A stretch of 64,000 nt of DNA from an uncultured Thermoleophilia bacterium. GTDB lineage: Bacteria > Actinomycetota > Thermoleophilia > Gaiellales > Gaiellaceae. Location of the stretch: assembly GCA_963762675.1 (NCBI GenBank), contig CAVXLS010000009.1, positions 84,756 through 148,755 of the forward strand. Reading direction: 5' to 3'. Under the pieces are notes generated by a model. The model was not told where the DNA came from. It did not search any database and saw only the letters and a list, made by a program, of their open reading frames with translations. The position numbers and the translations under genes are program-made. This document shows positions 9,526-19,000 of this stretch, one piece after another. Numbering within the stretch: the stretch's first letter is position 1; each line of letters opens with the position of its first letter.

Positions 9526-10293
9526 TCACGCCTGCCTCCGCGCCTCGAGGGCCTCCCAGGCGTCGAGCGCACGCGCCGCGACGTGCTCGGCGACGCGTGC
9601 CATCAGCTCGTCGGAGCGCTCCTTCGTCACCTCGTCCGGATGGCCGTACCAGCCGGTCGGAGCCACGTCGTGGAAGTCGCGCAGGACCGGGAAGACGTCG
9701 CGGCGGCGGAAGAGCTCGTGCCCCTCGTCCCCGATGTCGTCGGGGGTGGCGTTCACGGCCAGCGCGACGTCGACGAGGCCCTCGTCCACCGCGAGCACCG
9801 CCGCCGTCTCGAGCGAGCCCGCGTGGGTCAGGGGCAGCTCGCCGCCGGAGAGGTCGCGCGCGGCGACGTGAGCCTCCGCGATCACGACCTGGAGGCTCTC
9901 GTGCCGGAGCTGTGCCTCCTGCGCGGCGAGGCGCAGGGTGGCCGTGTTGCCCTCGTGCCAGTTGACGACGAGCAGGCGCTCCACGCCGGCGGCGGCGAGC
10001 CCGTCCGAGACGTCCACGAAGAGCGCGACGAGCGTCTCGGGACGCAGGCTCAGCGACCCCGGCCAGGAACCGTGGTAGGGAGCGACGCCGACCGGGCTGA
10101 GCAGGGCGAGAGGCGCACCGAGGAGCTGCGCGACGCGCTCCCCGATCCCGAGCGCGGCGAGCCAGTCGGTGCCGAGCGGCAGGTGCGGGCCGTGCTGCTC
10201 GACGCTGCCGGCCACGACCACCGCCGTCCGCGTCTCGGCGAGGACGCGCTCCGCCTCCGGCTGCGGCAGCTCGTGGAGGTGAACGCGACGCAT
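9526..10293 (-). CDS. Creatininase-family amidohydrolase (creatinine amidohydrolase/MftE-like fold)
   Basis: 255-aa ORF with GSVEQHGPHLPLGTD and VNWHEGN motifs typical of the creatininase family. Confidence 0.8.
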   Translation of the reverse strand: MRRVHLHELPQPEAERVLAETRTAVVVAGSVEQHGPHLPLGTDWLAALGIGERVAQLLGAPLALLSPVGVAPYHGSWPGSLSLRPETLVALFVDVSDGLAAAGVERLLVVNWHEGNTATLRLAAQEAQLRHESLQVVIAEAHVAARDLSGGELPLTHAGSLETAAVLAVDEGLVDVALAVNATPDDIGDEGHELFRRRDVFPVLRDFHDVAPTGWYGHPDEVTKERSDELMARVAEHVAARALDAWEALEARRQA

Positions 10294-10310
10294 CTCTATG
10301 CTCCTCCCCG

Positions 10311-12038
10311 ATGTCGAGCGACGGCCACGGCGGGCTTCTCCTCACCGACCTGCTGCTCGCCTACGGCGTCGACGTCGTCTTCGGCGTGCCGGGCGGGCAG
10401 ACGGCGGCGCTGTACGACGGGATCCTCGAGCGCGCGCCGGCGATCCGGCACGTGCTCGTCCGCGACGAGCGCAGCGGCGCCTACGCCGCGGACGGATTCG
10501 CACGCGCGACCGGTCGCGTCGGCGTCTGCGACGCGACCGTGGGCCCCGGCGCGACCAAGCTGCCCTCCGGGCTCGGCGAGGCGCTCAACGCGTCCATCCC
10601 GGTGCTCGCGATCGTCAGCGACCTGCCGCGTGCGTGGCACGCCCACCGCTATCGCGGCGCAGCCTCCCAGGCGCTCGACCAGGCGGCGCTGCTCGCGCCG
10701 GTCACGAAATGGGTCGCGGAGGTCGCCGAGCAGGACCAGCTGCCGGCGCTCGTCGCCGAGGCCTTCCACCGGGCGACCTCGGGCCGGCCGGGCCCCGCCG
10801 CGCTCATCGTCCCGCAGGACGTGCTCGACGCGCCGTGGCAGGGCGCGGAGCCCCCTGCGCCCGGCTCGCGCGTCGCGGAGGGCCGGTTCCCGTCGGAGCG
10901 GCCGGCACCCGACCCGGCCCAGGTCGAGGCGGCCGTCCGCGTGCTCGACGAGGCCGAGCGGCCTGCGATCGTCGCCGGCGGCGGCGCCCTCGCAGCCGAC
11001 GCGGGAGCGGCGGTGGTCGCACTGGCCGAGCGCACCGGCGCCGCCGTGGCGACGACGCTCTCCGGCAAGGGTGTGATCTCCGAGGCACATCCGCAGGCGG
11101 TCGGGGTCGTCGGCTCGCTCGGGACCGCGGCTGCTGCTGCGGTGGTCGGCGCCGCCGACGTCGTGCTGCTCGTCGGAACGAAGGGTGGAAGCGGCGCGAC
11201 GTTCGGCTGGACGCTGCCGCGGCCCGACCAGCGGGTCGTGCAGCTGGACGTCGACCCCCTCGAGCTCGGCCGGGCCTTCCCCCTCGCCGCAGGCGTCCTC
11301 GCCGACGCGCGCAGCGGCGTCGAGGCGCTCGCGGCCGCCTGCGCGGCGACCCGCCGGCCGGAATGGCTCGAGCAGATCGGCATGGAGGTCGCGAGCTGGC
11401 GCGACCAGCGCGCACAGGAAGCGGCGTCGGATGCCCGGCCCGTCGCGCCGCAGCGCGTCGCGCTCGCGCTCGAGCGGCTCCTGGGCGACGACGACGTGCT
11501 CGTCTGCGACGCAAGCCTCTCGAGCGGCTGGGGCGGCGCCTACGTCGAGCAGCGCACGCCGGGGCGTCGCATCCTCAGCCCACGCGGGCTCGCCGGGCTG
11601 GGCTGGTCCGTGCCGGCCGCGATCGGCGTCGCGGCCGCGCGCCCGACCGGCCGCATCGTCGTGCTCGTCGGCGACGGCGGGCTCTCCTATGCGGTGGGCG
11701 AGCTCGCGACGCTCGCACAGCACGGGCTGCCGGTCGCGGTCGTCGTGCTCAACAACAGCTCGCTCGGCTGGATCCGCTGGTACCGGCGCATCACCTTCGG
11801 CCGCGGGCACGAGGCAGACGACTTCGCGCCGACGGACTTCGCGGCGGTCGCGGCCGCCTTCGGCCTCGAAAGCGTCCGCGTCGAGGATCCCGCCGAGCTC
11901 GACGCCGCCCTCGCCCGCGCGCACGCGGCCGACGGTCCCGCGCTCGTCGAGGTCGTCTCCGACGCCTGGCAGACGCCGATCGCCGGCCACCGGCGCGCGC
12001 TCTCCGGCACTGCTGCGGGCACGTCCTACGGCGGCTGA
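10311..12038 (+). CDS. Thiamine-diphosphate-dependent enzyme (acetolactate synthase large-subunit-like)
   Basis: 575-aa ORF with an N-terminal Pyr domain (GVDVVFGVPGGQTAALYDG...RDERSGAYAADGFAR) and a C-terminal PP domain (VGDGGLSY...LNNSSLGWI). Confidence 0.85.
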   Translation: MSSDGHGGLLLTDLLLAYGVDVVFGVPGGQTAALYDGILERAPAIRHVLVRDERSGAYAADGFARATGRVGVCDATVGPGATKLPSGLGEALNASIPVLAIVSDLPRAWHAHRYRGAASQALDQAALLAPVTKWVAEVAEQDQLPALVAEAFHRATSGRPGPAALIVPQDVLDAPWQGAEPPAPGSRVAEGRFPSERPAPDPAQVEAAVRVLDEAERPAIVAGGGALAADAGAAVVALAERTGAAVATTLSGKGVISEAHPQAVGVVGSLGTAAAAAVVGAADVVLLVGTKGGSGATFGWTLPRPDQRVVQLDVDPLELGRAFPLAAGVLADARSGVEALAAACAATRRPEWLEQIGMEVASWRDQRAQEAASDARPVAPQRVALALERLLGDDDVLVCDASLSSGWGGAYVEQRTPGRRILSPRGLAGLGWSVPAAIGVAAARPTGRIVVLVGDGGLSYAVGELATLAQHGLPVAVVVLNNSSLGWIRWYRRITFGRGHEADDFAPTDFAAVAAAFGLESVRVEDPAELDAALARAHAADGPALVEVVSDAWQTPIAGHRRALSGTAAGTSYGG

Positions 12039-12055
12039 GCGAACGGCCGCGCGCC

Positions 12056-12817
12056 TCATGCCGGCGCCGGCGCGAGCGTCCCTTCGCCGCCGGACCCGGT
12101 CTCGGGCGCACCGCCGAGGTAGAGCGCGGCGACGCGAGGGTCGTCGAGCAGCTTCGACGCCTCGTCGACGAGACGGACGACGCCCATGTCCATCACCGCA
12201 CCCACGTCCGAGATGGAGAGCCCGATGCGGGCGTTCTGCTCGACGAGGAGAATCGTCCGTCCGCCCTCGTTCAGCGAGCGCACGGTCTCGAAGACGAGGT
12301 GCCGCGCCTTCGCGTCGAGGCCCATCGTGGGCTCGTCGAGAAGGATCAGCTTCGGGTCGAGCATCAGCGAACGTGCGAGCTCGATGAGCTTCTGCTGGCC
12401 GCCGGAGAGCGTGCCGGCGCGCTCCGCCCGGCGCTCCTCGATCAGCGGGAAGCGCTCCGCGATCTCCTCCGCCCGCCGCCGCACGAGCGCACGGTCGCGC
12501 AGCGAGTGCCCGCCCATGAGCAGGTTGTCCCAGATCGTCATCAGCGGGAAGAGGCTGCGGTCCTGGGGGACGTGGACGATGCCGTGACGCAGGAGCGCCG
12601 CCGGGGAGAGTCCGCCGATCCCCTTCCCCTCGAGCTCGATCGACCCGACCCGCGGCTTCAGGAGCCCGCTCAACACCTTCAGCACCGTCGACTTGCCGGC
12701 CCCGTTCGGCCCGATCACGCACGTCACCGACTCGCGCTCGAGCACGAGGTCGACGCCGCGCAGGATGTCGGCCTGTCCGTACCCGGCGCGCAGCTCGCTG
12801 ATCGCCAGGAAGCTCAC
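12056..12817 (-). CDS. livF: Branched-chain amino-acid-type ABC transporter, ATP-binding protein (LivF-like)
   Basis: VSFLAISELRAGYG..., Walker A GPNGAGKST, signature LSGGQQK, Walker B LILLDEP. The GTG start at 12817 overlaps the expected LivG stop (GTGA). Confidence 0.85.
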   Translation of the reverse strand: MSFLAISELRAGYGQADILRGVDLVLERESVTCVIGPNGAGKSTVLKVLSGLLKPRVGSIELEGKGIGGLSPAALLRHGIVHVPQDRSLFPLMTIWDNLLMGGHSLRDRALVRRRAEEIAERFPLIEERRAERAGTLSGGQQKLIELARSLMLDPKLILLDEPTMGLDAKARHLVFETVRSLNEGGRTILLVEQNARIGLSISDVGAVMDMGVVRLVDEASKLLDDPRVAALYLGGAPETGSGGEGTLAPAPA

Positions 12818-13556
12818 GTGCCGAGGTAGGCGTCGAGGACGGCGGGGTCGTTCTGCACCTGCTGCGGGCGGGCCCTCGGCGATCTTGCGGCCGTGGTCGA
12901 GGACGACCACGGGATCGCAGAGACCCATCACGAGCGGCATGTTGTGCTCGACGACGAGGAACGTGAGGCCGCGCGCGTGCAGGGCGCGGATCCGCTCCTC
13001 GATCCGCTCCACCATCACCGGGTTGACACCGGCGGTGGGCTCGTCGAGCAGCACGAGCCGGGGGCGGCTCATCAGCACGGTCGCGAACTCGAGCAGCTTC
13101 TTCTGGCCGTACGAGAGCCGGTCGGCGCGGTCGTGCTCGAGGCGGTTGAGCCCGAACTCGGCGAGCAGCTCGCGCGCGAGCTCCCGGTCGGCGCGGCGGA
13201 CCGCCGGGTAGACGATCGCCCGCCACGGCTGGTGCACGGCGACCGTCATGTTCTCGATCAGGGTCAGCTCGGGGAAGATTCGCGCCTGCTGGAACGTGCG
13301 CGTGAGCCCGGCTCGATAGAGGGAGATCGGGTCGGGCCGCCGCACGATCCGTCCGTCGAAGCGGATGACGCCGCCGTCGGCGCGCGCGTAGCCGGTCAGC
13401 AGGTTGAACAACGTCGTCTTTCCCGACCCGTTCGGCCCGATCAGCGCCGTGAGGCTTCCGGGATCGGACCGAGAACGAGCACCCGTCGACGGCGGTGACG
13501 CCGCCGAAGCGCTTCGTGAGCCCTTCCCCCTCCAGCAGCAACGGAGCAGCGCTCAT
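12814..13556 (-). pseudogene. livG: Branched-chain amino-acid-type ABC transporter, ATP-binding protein (LivG-like). Two +1 frame breaks as assembled (about 13460 and about 12868).
   Basis: The N-terminus MSAAPLLLEGEGLTKRFGGVTAVDGCSFSV is in one frame. The Walker A region through the body (GSLTALIGPNGSGKTTLFNLLTGY...LSYGQKK...LLDEP) is in a second. The C-terminus PQQVQNDPAVLDAYLGT* is in a third. Each junction needs removal of one nucleotide. Confidence 0.8.
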
Positions 13557-14605
13557 GACGCGGGCACCTCCTCCGCCGGCGTGAGCCGGGCGCCGCGGTA
13601 GCGCCAGCGCTCGTACGCGTCGGCGAGCGAGGGCAGGATGCCCCGCGGCAGCACGAGCAGGATCACGACGAAGACGGCCGCGTAGCCGACGAGGTAGAAC
13701 TCGCTCGCCCCGAGTCGGTAGGCCATGTACTGCTGTGCGGGGACGAGGATGATGGCGCCGAGGACCGGGCCCCAGAGCGTGCCGCGGCCGCCGAGGAAGA
13801 CCGGCAGCACCGAGCCGATCATCACGAGCGGGTCGACCGCGTACTCCGGGTAGATGTACGTGAGGTAGTAGGCCCAGACGCCGCCGGCCATCGCGGTCAG
13901 CCCGGCGGAGGCCGCGAACGCGATCAGCTTCACGCCGGTCGTCCGCACACCGAGGCCGCGGGCCTTCTCCTCGTCCTCGCGGATCGAGAAGAGCATCAGG
14001 CCGAGCTTGCTGCCGCGCACGTGCCAGGAGATCGCGAGGCCGATCAGGAGCACGCCGAGCATCGCGTAGTAGAACGGCCGCTCGTAGACCGAGACGTCGA
14101 AGTTCGGGGTCGGCATGGAGAGCCCCGAGGAGCCGTTCGTCAGCCCGCGCAGGTTGAAGGCGAGGTTCTGGAAGACGAAGAGCAGCGTCAGGGTCACGAT
14201 CGCGAAGGTGATCGCGCGCGTCCGCAGCGCGATCCAGCCGATCGGGACCGCGAGCAGCGCGACCGCGAGGCCGACGAGCGGCAGCACGTAGAAGGGCCGG
14301 TAGCCGGCCCCGATCGACATGAACGCGTGGCTCTCGAGACTGGTCGCCGACCCGCGCAACGGACTGGCCGTGCTGAACGCGTTCGCGAGCGTGTACGCGC
14401 CGATGCCGAAGAAGGCGACGTGACCGAGCGAGATGTAGCCGCTGTAGCCGGCGAACAGGTTCCACGCGGTGGCGAGGGCCGCGTACATCAGCGTGAAGAT
14501 CGCGATGTTGACGACCCAGTGCTCGTTGAAGACGAGCGGGAAGGCAACGAGCGCGCCGGCGATCACGAGCCCGCGTACGGGCCCCACGAGCCTGCCCGGG
14601 CTCAC
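13553..14605 (-). CDS. livM: Branched-chain amino-acid-type ABC transporter permease (LivM-like)
   Basis: Polytopic membrane protein (…NLFAGYSGYISLGHVAFFGIGAY…) with a conserved REDEEKARGLG loop. The GTG start at 14605 overlaps the LivH stop (GTGA), and the stop overlaps the LivG ATG (ATGA). Confidence 0.85.
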   Translation of the reverse strand: MSPGRLVGPVRGLVIAGALVAFPLVFNEHWVVNIAIFTLMYAALATAWNLFAGYSGYISLGHVAFFGIGAYTLANAFSTASPLRGSATSLESHAFMSIGAGYRPFYVLPLVGLAVALLAVPIGWIALRTRAITFAIVTLTLLFVFQNLAFNLRGLTNGSSGLSMPTPNFDVSVYERPFYYAMLGVLLIGLAISWHVRGSKLGLMLFSIREDEEKARGLGVRTTGVKLIAFAASAGLTAMAGGVWAYYLTYIYPEYAVDPLVMIGSVLPVFLGGRGTLWGPVLGAIILVPAQQYMAYRLGASEFYLVGYAAVFVVILLVLPRGILPSLADAYERWRYRGARLTPAEEVPAS

Positions 14606-15477
14606 AGGACGCGTTCCCGGAGCCCGAAGAATCCCTGCGGCCGGACGAGCAGCACGGCGAGCAGGACGACGAAGAACGAGAGGGCGGCCCAGGTCGGCGA
14701 GTACTCGACCGCGACGACGGACTGCACCACGCCCATCACGAGGGCGGCCGCGATCGCGCCGCCGATGCTGCCGAGGCCGCCGAGGACGACGATCGAGAGG
14801 AGACGCGAGATCAGGTCGTAGTGGCTGCCCGGATTGAACGGGAAGACCACCCCGTACAGCGCACCGGCGGCCGCGGCCGTCGCGGCGCCGATCCCGAAGC
14901 CGCACGCCGACACGAGCTTGTCGTTGACGCCGAGCAGGCGCGCCGACATCGGGTTCTGGACGACGGCACGGATCGAGCGGCCGAACCGCGTGAAGCGGAG
15001 GATCGCGTAGAGCGCGGCGAGCACGACGACCGAGGTCGCGAACCCGTACACGCGCGGCTCGGAGAACTGGTAGCTCCCGATCGTCCACGACTTGTCCGCG
15101 TAGCTCGTGTTGGTGCTGCGGACGGTCGTCTGGTAGATGATGCTGAGCACTCCCTCGATGCCGAGGGCGAGCGCCCAGGTCACGAGCAGCGACATCTCCG
15201 GCGCATGCGTGCCCCGGAGCGAGCGGATGAAGACGAGTTGCACCGCGACCCCGGCGAGGAACATCGCCGGGATCAGGAGCAGGATCGAGAGGAACGGGTC
15301 GAGCCCGAAATGGGTGAAGAGGGTCTCGCTGACGTACGCGGCGAGGATCACGAACGCACCCTGCGCGACGTTGATCACGCGCATGATCCCGAACACGAGC
15401 GTCAAGCCGCTCGCCATCAGCGCGTAGACGCCACCCGTGAGCACGCCGAGAATCAGCGCTTGCACGACCGTTTGCAT
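14602..15477 (-). CDS. livH: Branched-chain amino-acid-type ABC transporter permease (LivH-like)
   Basis: 291-aa ORF MQTVVQALILGVLTGGVYALMASGLTLVFGIMRVINVAQGAF..., the typical LivH N-terminus, with multiple TM segments. Confidence 0.9.
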   Translation of the reverse strand: MQTVVQALILGVLTGGVYALMASGLTLVFGIMRVINVAQGAFVILAAYVSETLFTHFGLDPFLSILLLIPAMFLAGVAVQLVFIRSLRGTHAPEMSLLVTWALALGIEGVLSIIYQTTVRSTNTSYADKSWTIGSYQFSEPRVYGFATSVVVLAALYAILRFTRFGRSIRAVVQNPMSARLLGVNDKLVSACGFGIGAATAAAAGALYGVVFPFNPGSHYDLISRLLSIVVLGGLGSIGGAIAAALVMGVVQSVVAVEYSPTWAALSFFVVLLAVLLVRPQGFFGLRERVL

Positions 15478-15687
15478 CAGACCCCTTTCACGTTCGATTC
15501 ACGATGCAACCCTGTGCCGTCCGGGCGAACCGAACGGCGCGTGGACAGCGTCCACGGTCGTGCCCCCAGCGCTGCCTTGGACACTCCCTGCGTCGTTGCC
15601 ACGCACCGCCCGGTACGCCCGGTCGGTGAAGCGTCGTCCTCAACCACGCTCCCGGTCACCATCGGTGTCGCTCTGTTCCGCCCCCCG

Positions 15688-16932
15688 CTATCCGGGCCAG
15701 TTCGGCTTGGCGATGGGCTTGTGCAGCGCGACCTTCGGCGGGAAGACCGGCATCAGGTTGCCGCCGACCCACTGGACCAGGATCGACTCGCCCGTGGGGC
15801 TGCCGTACTTGTTCCAGTGGAAGTTCCCGTTGACGCCGTGCCAGACGCCCTTGTGGAGCGCGGCGATGATCTTCTTGTTGTCGAGGGACCGGGTCTTCCC
15901 GACGGCCTCCTTCAGGATCTGGCCGGCCGAGTAGGCCTCCGCGGACGTCGTGTCGATGTCCTGGCCGTTCTTACGGCCGCCGTACGCCTTGACGTAGGCC
16001 TTGACGAAGCCCGCGTTCCCCGTGAACTTCGCCTGCGGGAACCAGTCGCCCGACGAGAAGATCCCGGTCGTGTTCACCCGCCCGCCGATCTTGCTCGGGA
16101 ACTCGAGCGGACTGTTCGCGCCGTTCTCGATGTAGAGGAACTTCGGGTTGTACTTGAGCTGGATCAGACCCTTCGCCATCGCGTAGCCGTCGACGTTCTG
16201 CGTCCCGGCGGCGATCAGGTCGGGCTTGGCGTTCACGACCGCCTGGATGATCGGCGAGTAGTCGGTCGTCTCCGACGGGTAGATCTTCGAGTAGACCGTC
16301 TTGATCCCGTTCTTCTCGAGGATCTTCTGGAGCCGCTGGATCGGCGGCGCCGCGAACGGATCGTCGAGCATCGGATACGCGGCGGTCTTCGGCCGCTGCG
16401 CCTTCGGCAGCGAGAGGATGTACTTCGCGAGCACGTCGGCGTTCCTGACCGCAGGCGCGGGCTGGGCGAAGAACACGTTGTTGAGCTTCGCCTGGAAGAC
16501 GGCGGGGCCGCCGCCGGCCGGCTCGATGAACGCGTACCCGTAGCGGTGCGCCACGGTCGCCGAGGGCGCTGTGAGAAGCGTCGAGAACGGCCCCAGGACG
16601 AAGTCGACCTTGTCGTGCGTGATCAGGTTCTCGTAGTTCGTGACGGCCTGGTTCGGGCTGGAGGTGTCGTCGACGATCTTGAGCTGGACCTTGCGCCCGA
16701 GCAGGCCGCCGTGCGAGTTCGCGTAGGCCTGCCAGAGCTTGTAGCCGCGCATCGCGGCCTTGCCCTCGTCGGAGAAGTCGCCCGAGAGCGAAAGCGAGAT
16801 GCCGATCAGAACGGGGCTCGCCGAGCTTTGGCCTCGCGACGCCGTGGACGCGAGCGAGCTCGCGCTCCAGACGCCGAGCGCGAGGGCCACCGCAAAGACG
16901 AGCGCGCCGACGCGGAACCGACGCTGCCTCAT
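15688..16932 (-). CDS. ABC transporter substrate-binding protein (Leu/Ile/Val-binding, type I PBP family), secreted
   Basis: Signal-peptide-like N-terminus MRQRRFRVGALVFAVALALGVWSA, then IGISLSLSGDFSDEGKAAMRGYKLW...GRKVQLKIVDD. Lies upstream of livHMGF on the same strand. Confidence 0.85.
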   Translation of the reverse strand: MRQRRFRVGALVFAVALALGVWSASSLASTASRGQSSASPVLIGISLSLSGDFSDEGKAAMRGYKLWQAYANSHGGLLGRKVQLKIVDDTSSPNQAVTNYENLITHDKVDFVLGPFSTLLTAPSATVAHRYGYAFIEPAGGGPAVFQAKLNNVFFAQPAPAVRNADVLAKYILSLPKAQRPKTAAYPMLDDPFAAPPIQRLQKILEKNGIKTVYSKIYPSETTDYSPIIQAVVNAKPDLIAAGTQNVDGYAMAKGLIQLKYNPKFLYIENGANSPLEFPSKIGGRVNTTGIFSSGDWFPQAKFTGNAGFVKAYVKAYGGRKNGQDIDTTSAEAYSAGQILKEAVGKTRSLDNKKIIAALHKGVWHGVNGNFHWNKYGSPTGESILVQWVGGNLMPVFPPKVALHKPIAKPNWPG

Positions 16933-17068
16933 ACCTACCTCCTAGCCGTCGGAGAGATCAGACGATCAGACAAGCTGCCAACCGATATCACTTCCCGGTC
17001 AGAAAAGTCAATGCCGCGAGCGCGATCGTGCGCCGCCTGCGGACGGACCCGTCGACGAGAATCCGGCG

Positions 17069-18959
17069 GTGAGCGTCCAGGAAGGAAACCGCTTCGCCGG
17101 GCGAACCGCGTGGGCCCGCAGCATCGAGACACCGCTGCGCAGCTTCCTGCGAACGGAGACGGGCAGCGCCGTCGTCCTGCTCTCCGGCGACGGTCGCCGC
17201 ACTCGTCTGGGTGAACGCGCACTCCTCGTCCTACGAGTCGGTGTGGCAGACGCAGCTCTCGATCCGGCTCGGCGGCGCGCACATCTCGCAGGACCTGCGC
17301 GGCTGGCTGAACAGCGGCCTGATGGCGTTCTTCTTCTTCGTCGTCGGCCTCGAGGCGCGGCGCGAGTTCGACCGCGGGGAGCTGCGCGACAGGCGCCGGC
17401 TTGCGTTGCCGGTGGCGGCGGGGATCGGCGGGATGGTCGTGCCCGTGGCGATCTACCTGGCGGCGAACGCCGGCCGTCCCTCCGCGCACGGTTGGGGCAC
17501 GGCGATGTCGACGGACACGGCGTTCGCGCTCGGGACGCTCGCGCTCGTGGGGCCCCGCTTCCCCGACCGGCTGCGGGCGTTCATGCTCACCGTCGCCGTC
17601 GTCGACGACCTCGCGGCGCTGCTCGTCATCGCGACGGCGTACACGAGCGGCGTCTCCGTCGTCCCGCTCGTCTCGGCCGGCGGCCTGCTCGTGGTCGTCG
17701 TGGCGCTCGTGCGGGCCCGGGTACAGCGCGGCCCCGTCTACGCCGTGCTCGGCGTCTCGGTCTGGGTCGCCCTCTACAAGTCGGGCGTCGATCCGGTCGT
17801 GACCGGTCTCGTGCTCGGGCTGCTGACGGCCGCCCGGCCGGCCGCCCGGGGCGACCTCGAGCGGGCGAGCAACCTCTTCCGGCTCTTCCGCGAGCAGCCC
17901 ACGCCCGAGCTCGAGCGCTCGGCCCGGGAAGGACTCCGGCTCTCGATCTCGCCCAACGAGCGCCTGCAGCAGCTCTACCACCCGTGGACGAGCTACGTGA
18001 TCGTTCCGCTCTTCGCGCTCGCGAACGCGGGCGTCTCGCTGCGCGGCGGCTTCCTCGCGCACGCCTACGGATCGCCCATCACCCTGGGGATCCTCTTCGG
18101 CTACCTGGCCGGCAAGCCTGCGGGGATCGTCGGGGCGGCCGCTCTCGTCACCCGCCTCAGCCGGGGGCGCGTGCGACCGCCCGTCGGCTGGGTCGCCGTC
18201 GCGGGCGGCGGCACGATCGCGGGCATCGGCTTCACGGTCTCGCTCCTGATCGCGAGCCTCGCCTTCCGCGGCAACGGCCTCGAAGAGGCGAAGGTCGGCG
18301 TGCTCAGCGGCGCGCTCTGCTCGGCGCTCGTCACCTGGCTGGTCTTCCGGGCCACCTCGCTGCTGCCGGTGCGGTTCAGGCTCCGCGCGCTCGTCGGGAA
18401 GACGGAGCCGATCGTCGACCTCGCTGCGCCGGTCGATCCCGAGCGCGACCACGTCCGCGGGCCGGCGGACGCATCGGTGACGCTCGTCGAGTACGGCGAC
18501 TTCGAGTGCCCGTACTGCGGCCGGGCCGAGAGCGTCGTCCGCAAGCTCCTCGCCGAGGCCGGCGACGTGCGCTACGTCTGGCGCCACCTGCCCCTGACCG
18601 ACGTCCATCCGCGCGCCGAGCTCGCCGCCGAGGCCGCCGAGGCCGCGGCGGCGCAGGGCCGCTTCTGGGACTTCCACGACCTCCTGCTCGCCCACCAGGA
18701 CGAGCTCGCGCCGAAGCACCTGCTCGGGTACGCGGAGCAGCTCGGGCTCGACGTCGAGCGCTTCGAGAACGACCTGCGCTCGCACGTGGGCGCGGCGCGC
18801 GTCGCGGAGGACGTCGACAGCGCCGACCTCAGCGGCGTCTCCGGAACTCCGACCTTCTTCGTCAACGAACTGCGCCACTACGGCGCCTACGACATCGACT
18901 CGCTGACGAGGGCGGTACGCCTCGCGCGCGTCCGCGTGCTCGCCGCCGCGGCCAGATAG
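17069..18959 (+). pseudogene. nhaA: Na+/H+ antiporter NhaA fused to a C-terminal DsbA-like thioredoxin domain. One +1 frame break near 17186 as assembled.
   Basis: The NhaA N-terminus ([18 protein letters not shown]) is in the frame of the GTG at 17069. The rest ([22 protein letters not shown]...GLEARREF...) is in the 17211 frame. The C-terminal 190 aa carry a thioredoxin CPYC motif ([14 protein letters not shown]). Confidence 0.8.
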
Positions 18960-19000
18960 GGTTGCCAGCGCCGGAAGCGAGCGAGAACGGGAGCCCCACC

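Noticed and set aside
1161-10293. A creatinine degradation pathway, with creatininase plus a creatinase-like M24 in one operon.
   Set aside because: Family membership alone does not give substrate. The M24 N-domain looks more DddP-like than creatinase-like by eye. No sarcosine oxidase or urease-type follow-up genes are present. The idea is kept only as one possibility within the operon finding.
10296-14465. A 1389-aa ORF on the minus strand, and similar giants at 603..3584, 17069..20263 and 59490..61904.
   Set aside because: These are shadow ORFs typical of very GC-rich DNA. Their translations are Arg/Ala/Pro/Gly-rich low-complexity strings with no family motifs. They overlap well-supported genes in other frames or on the other strand. 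Only short parts coincide with real gene segments.
15540-15556. A perfect 7-bp hairpin (CGTGGAC-AGC-GTCCACG) in the 210-nt spacer between the binding-protein gene and livH, as a possible attenuator or terminator.
   Set aside because: The stem is short, there is no U-tract and I could find no alternative structures. Intercistronic hairpins after binding-protein genes are common and unremarkable. It is not strong enough to call a feature.
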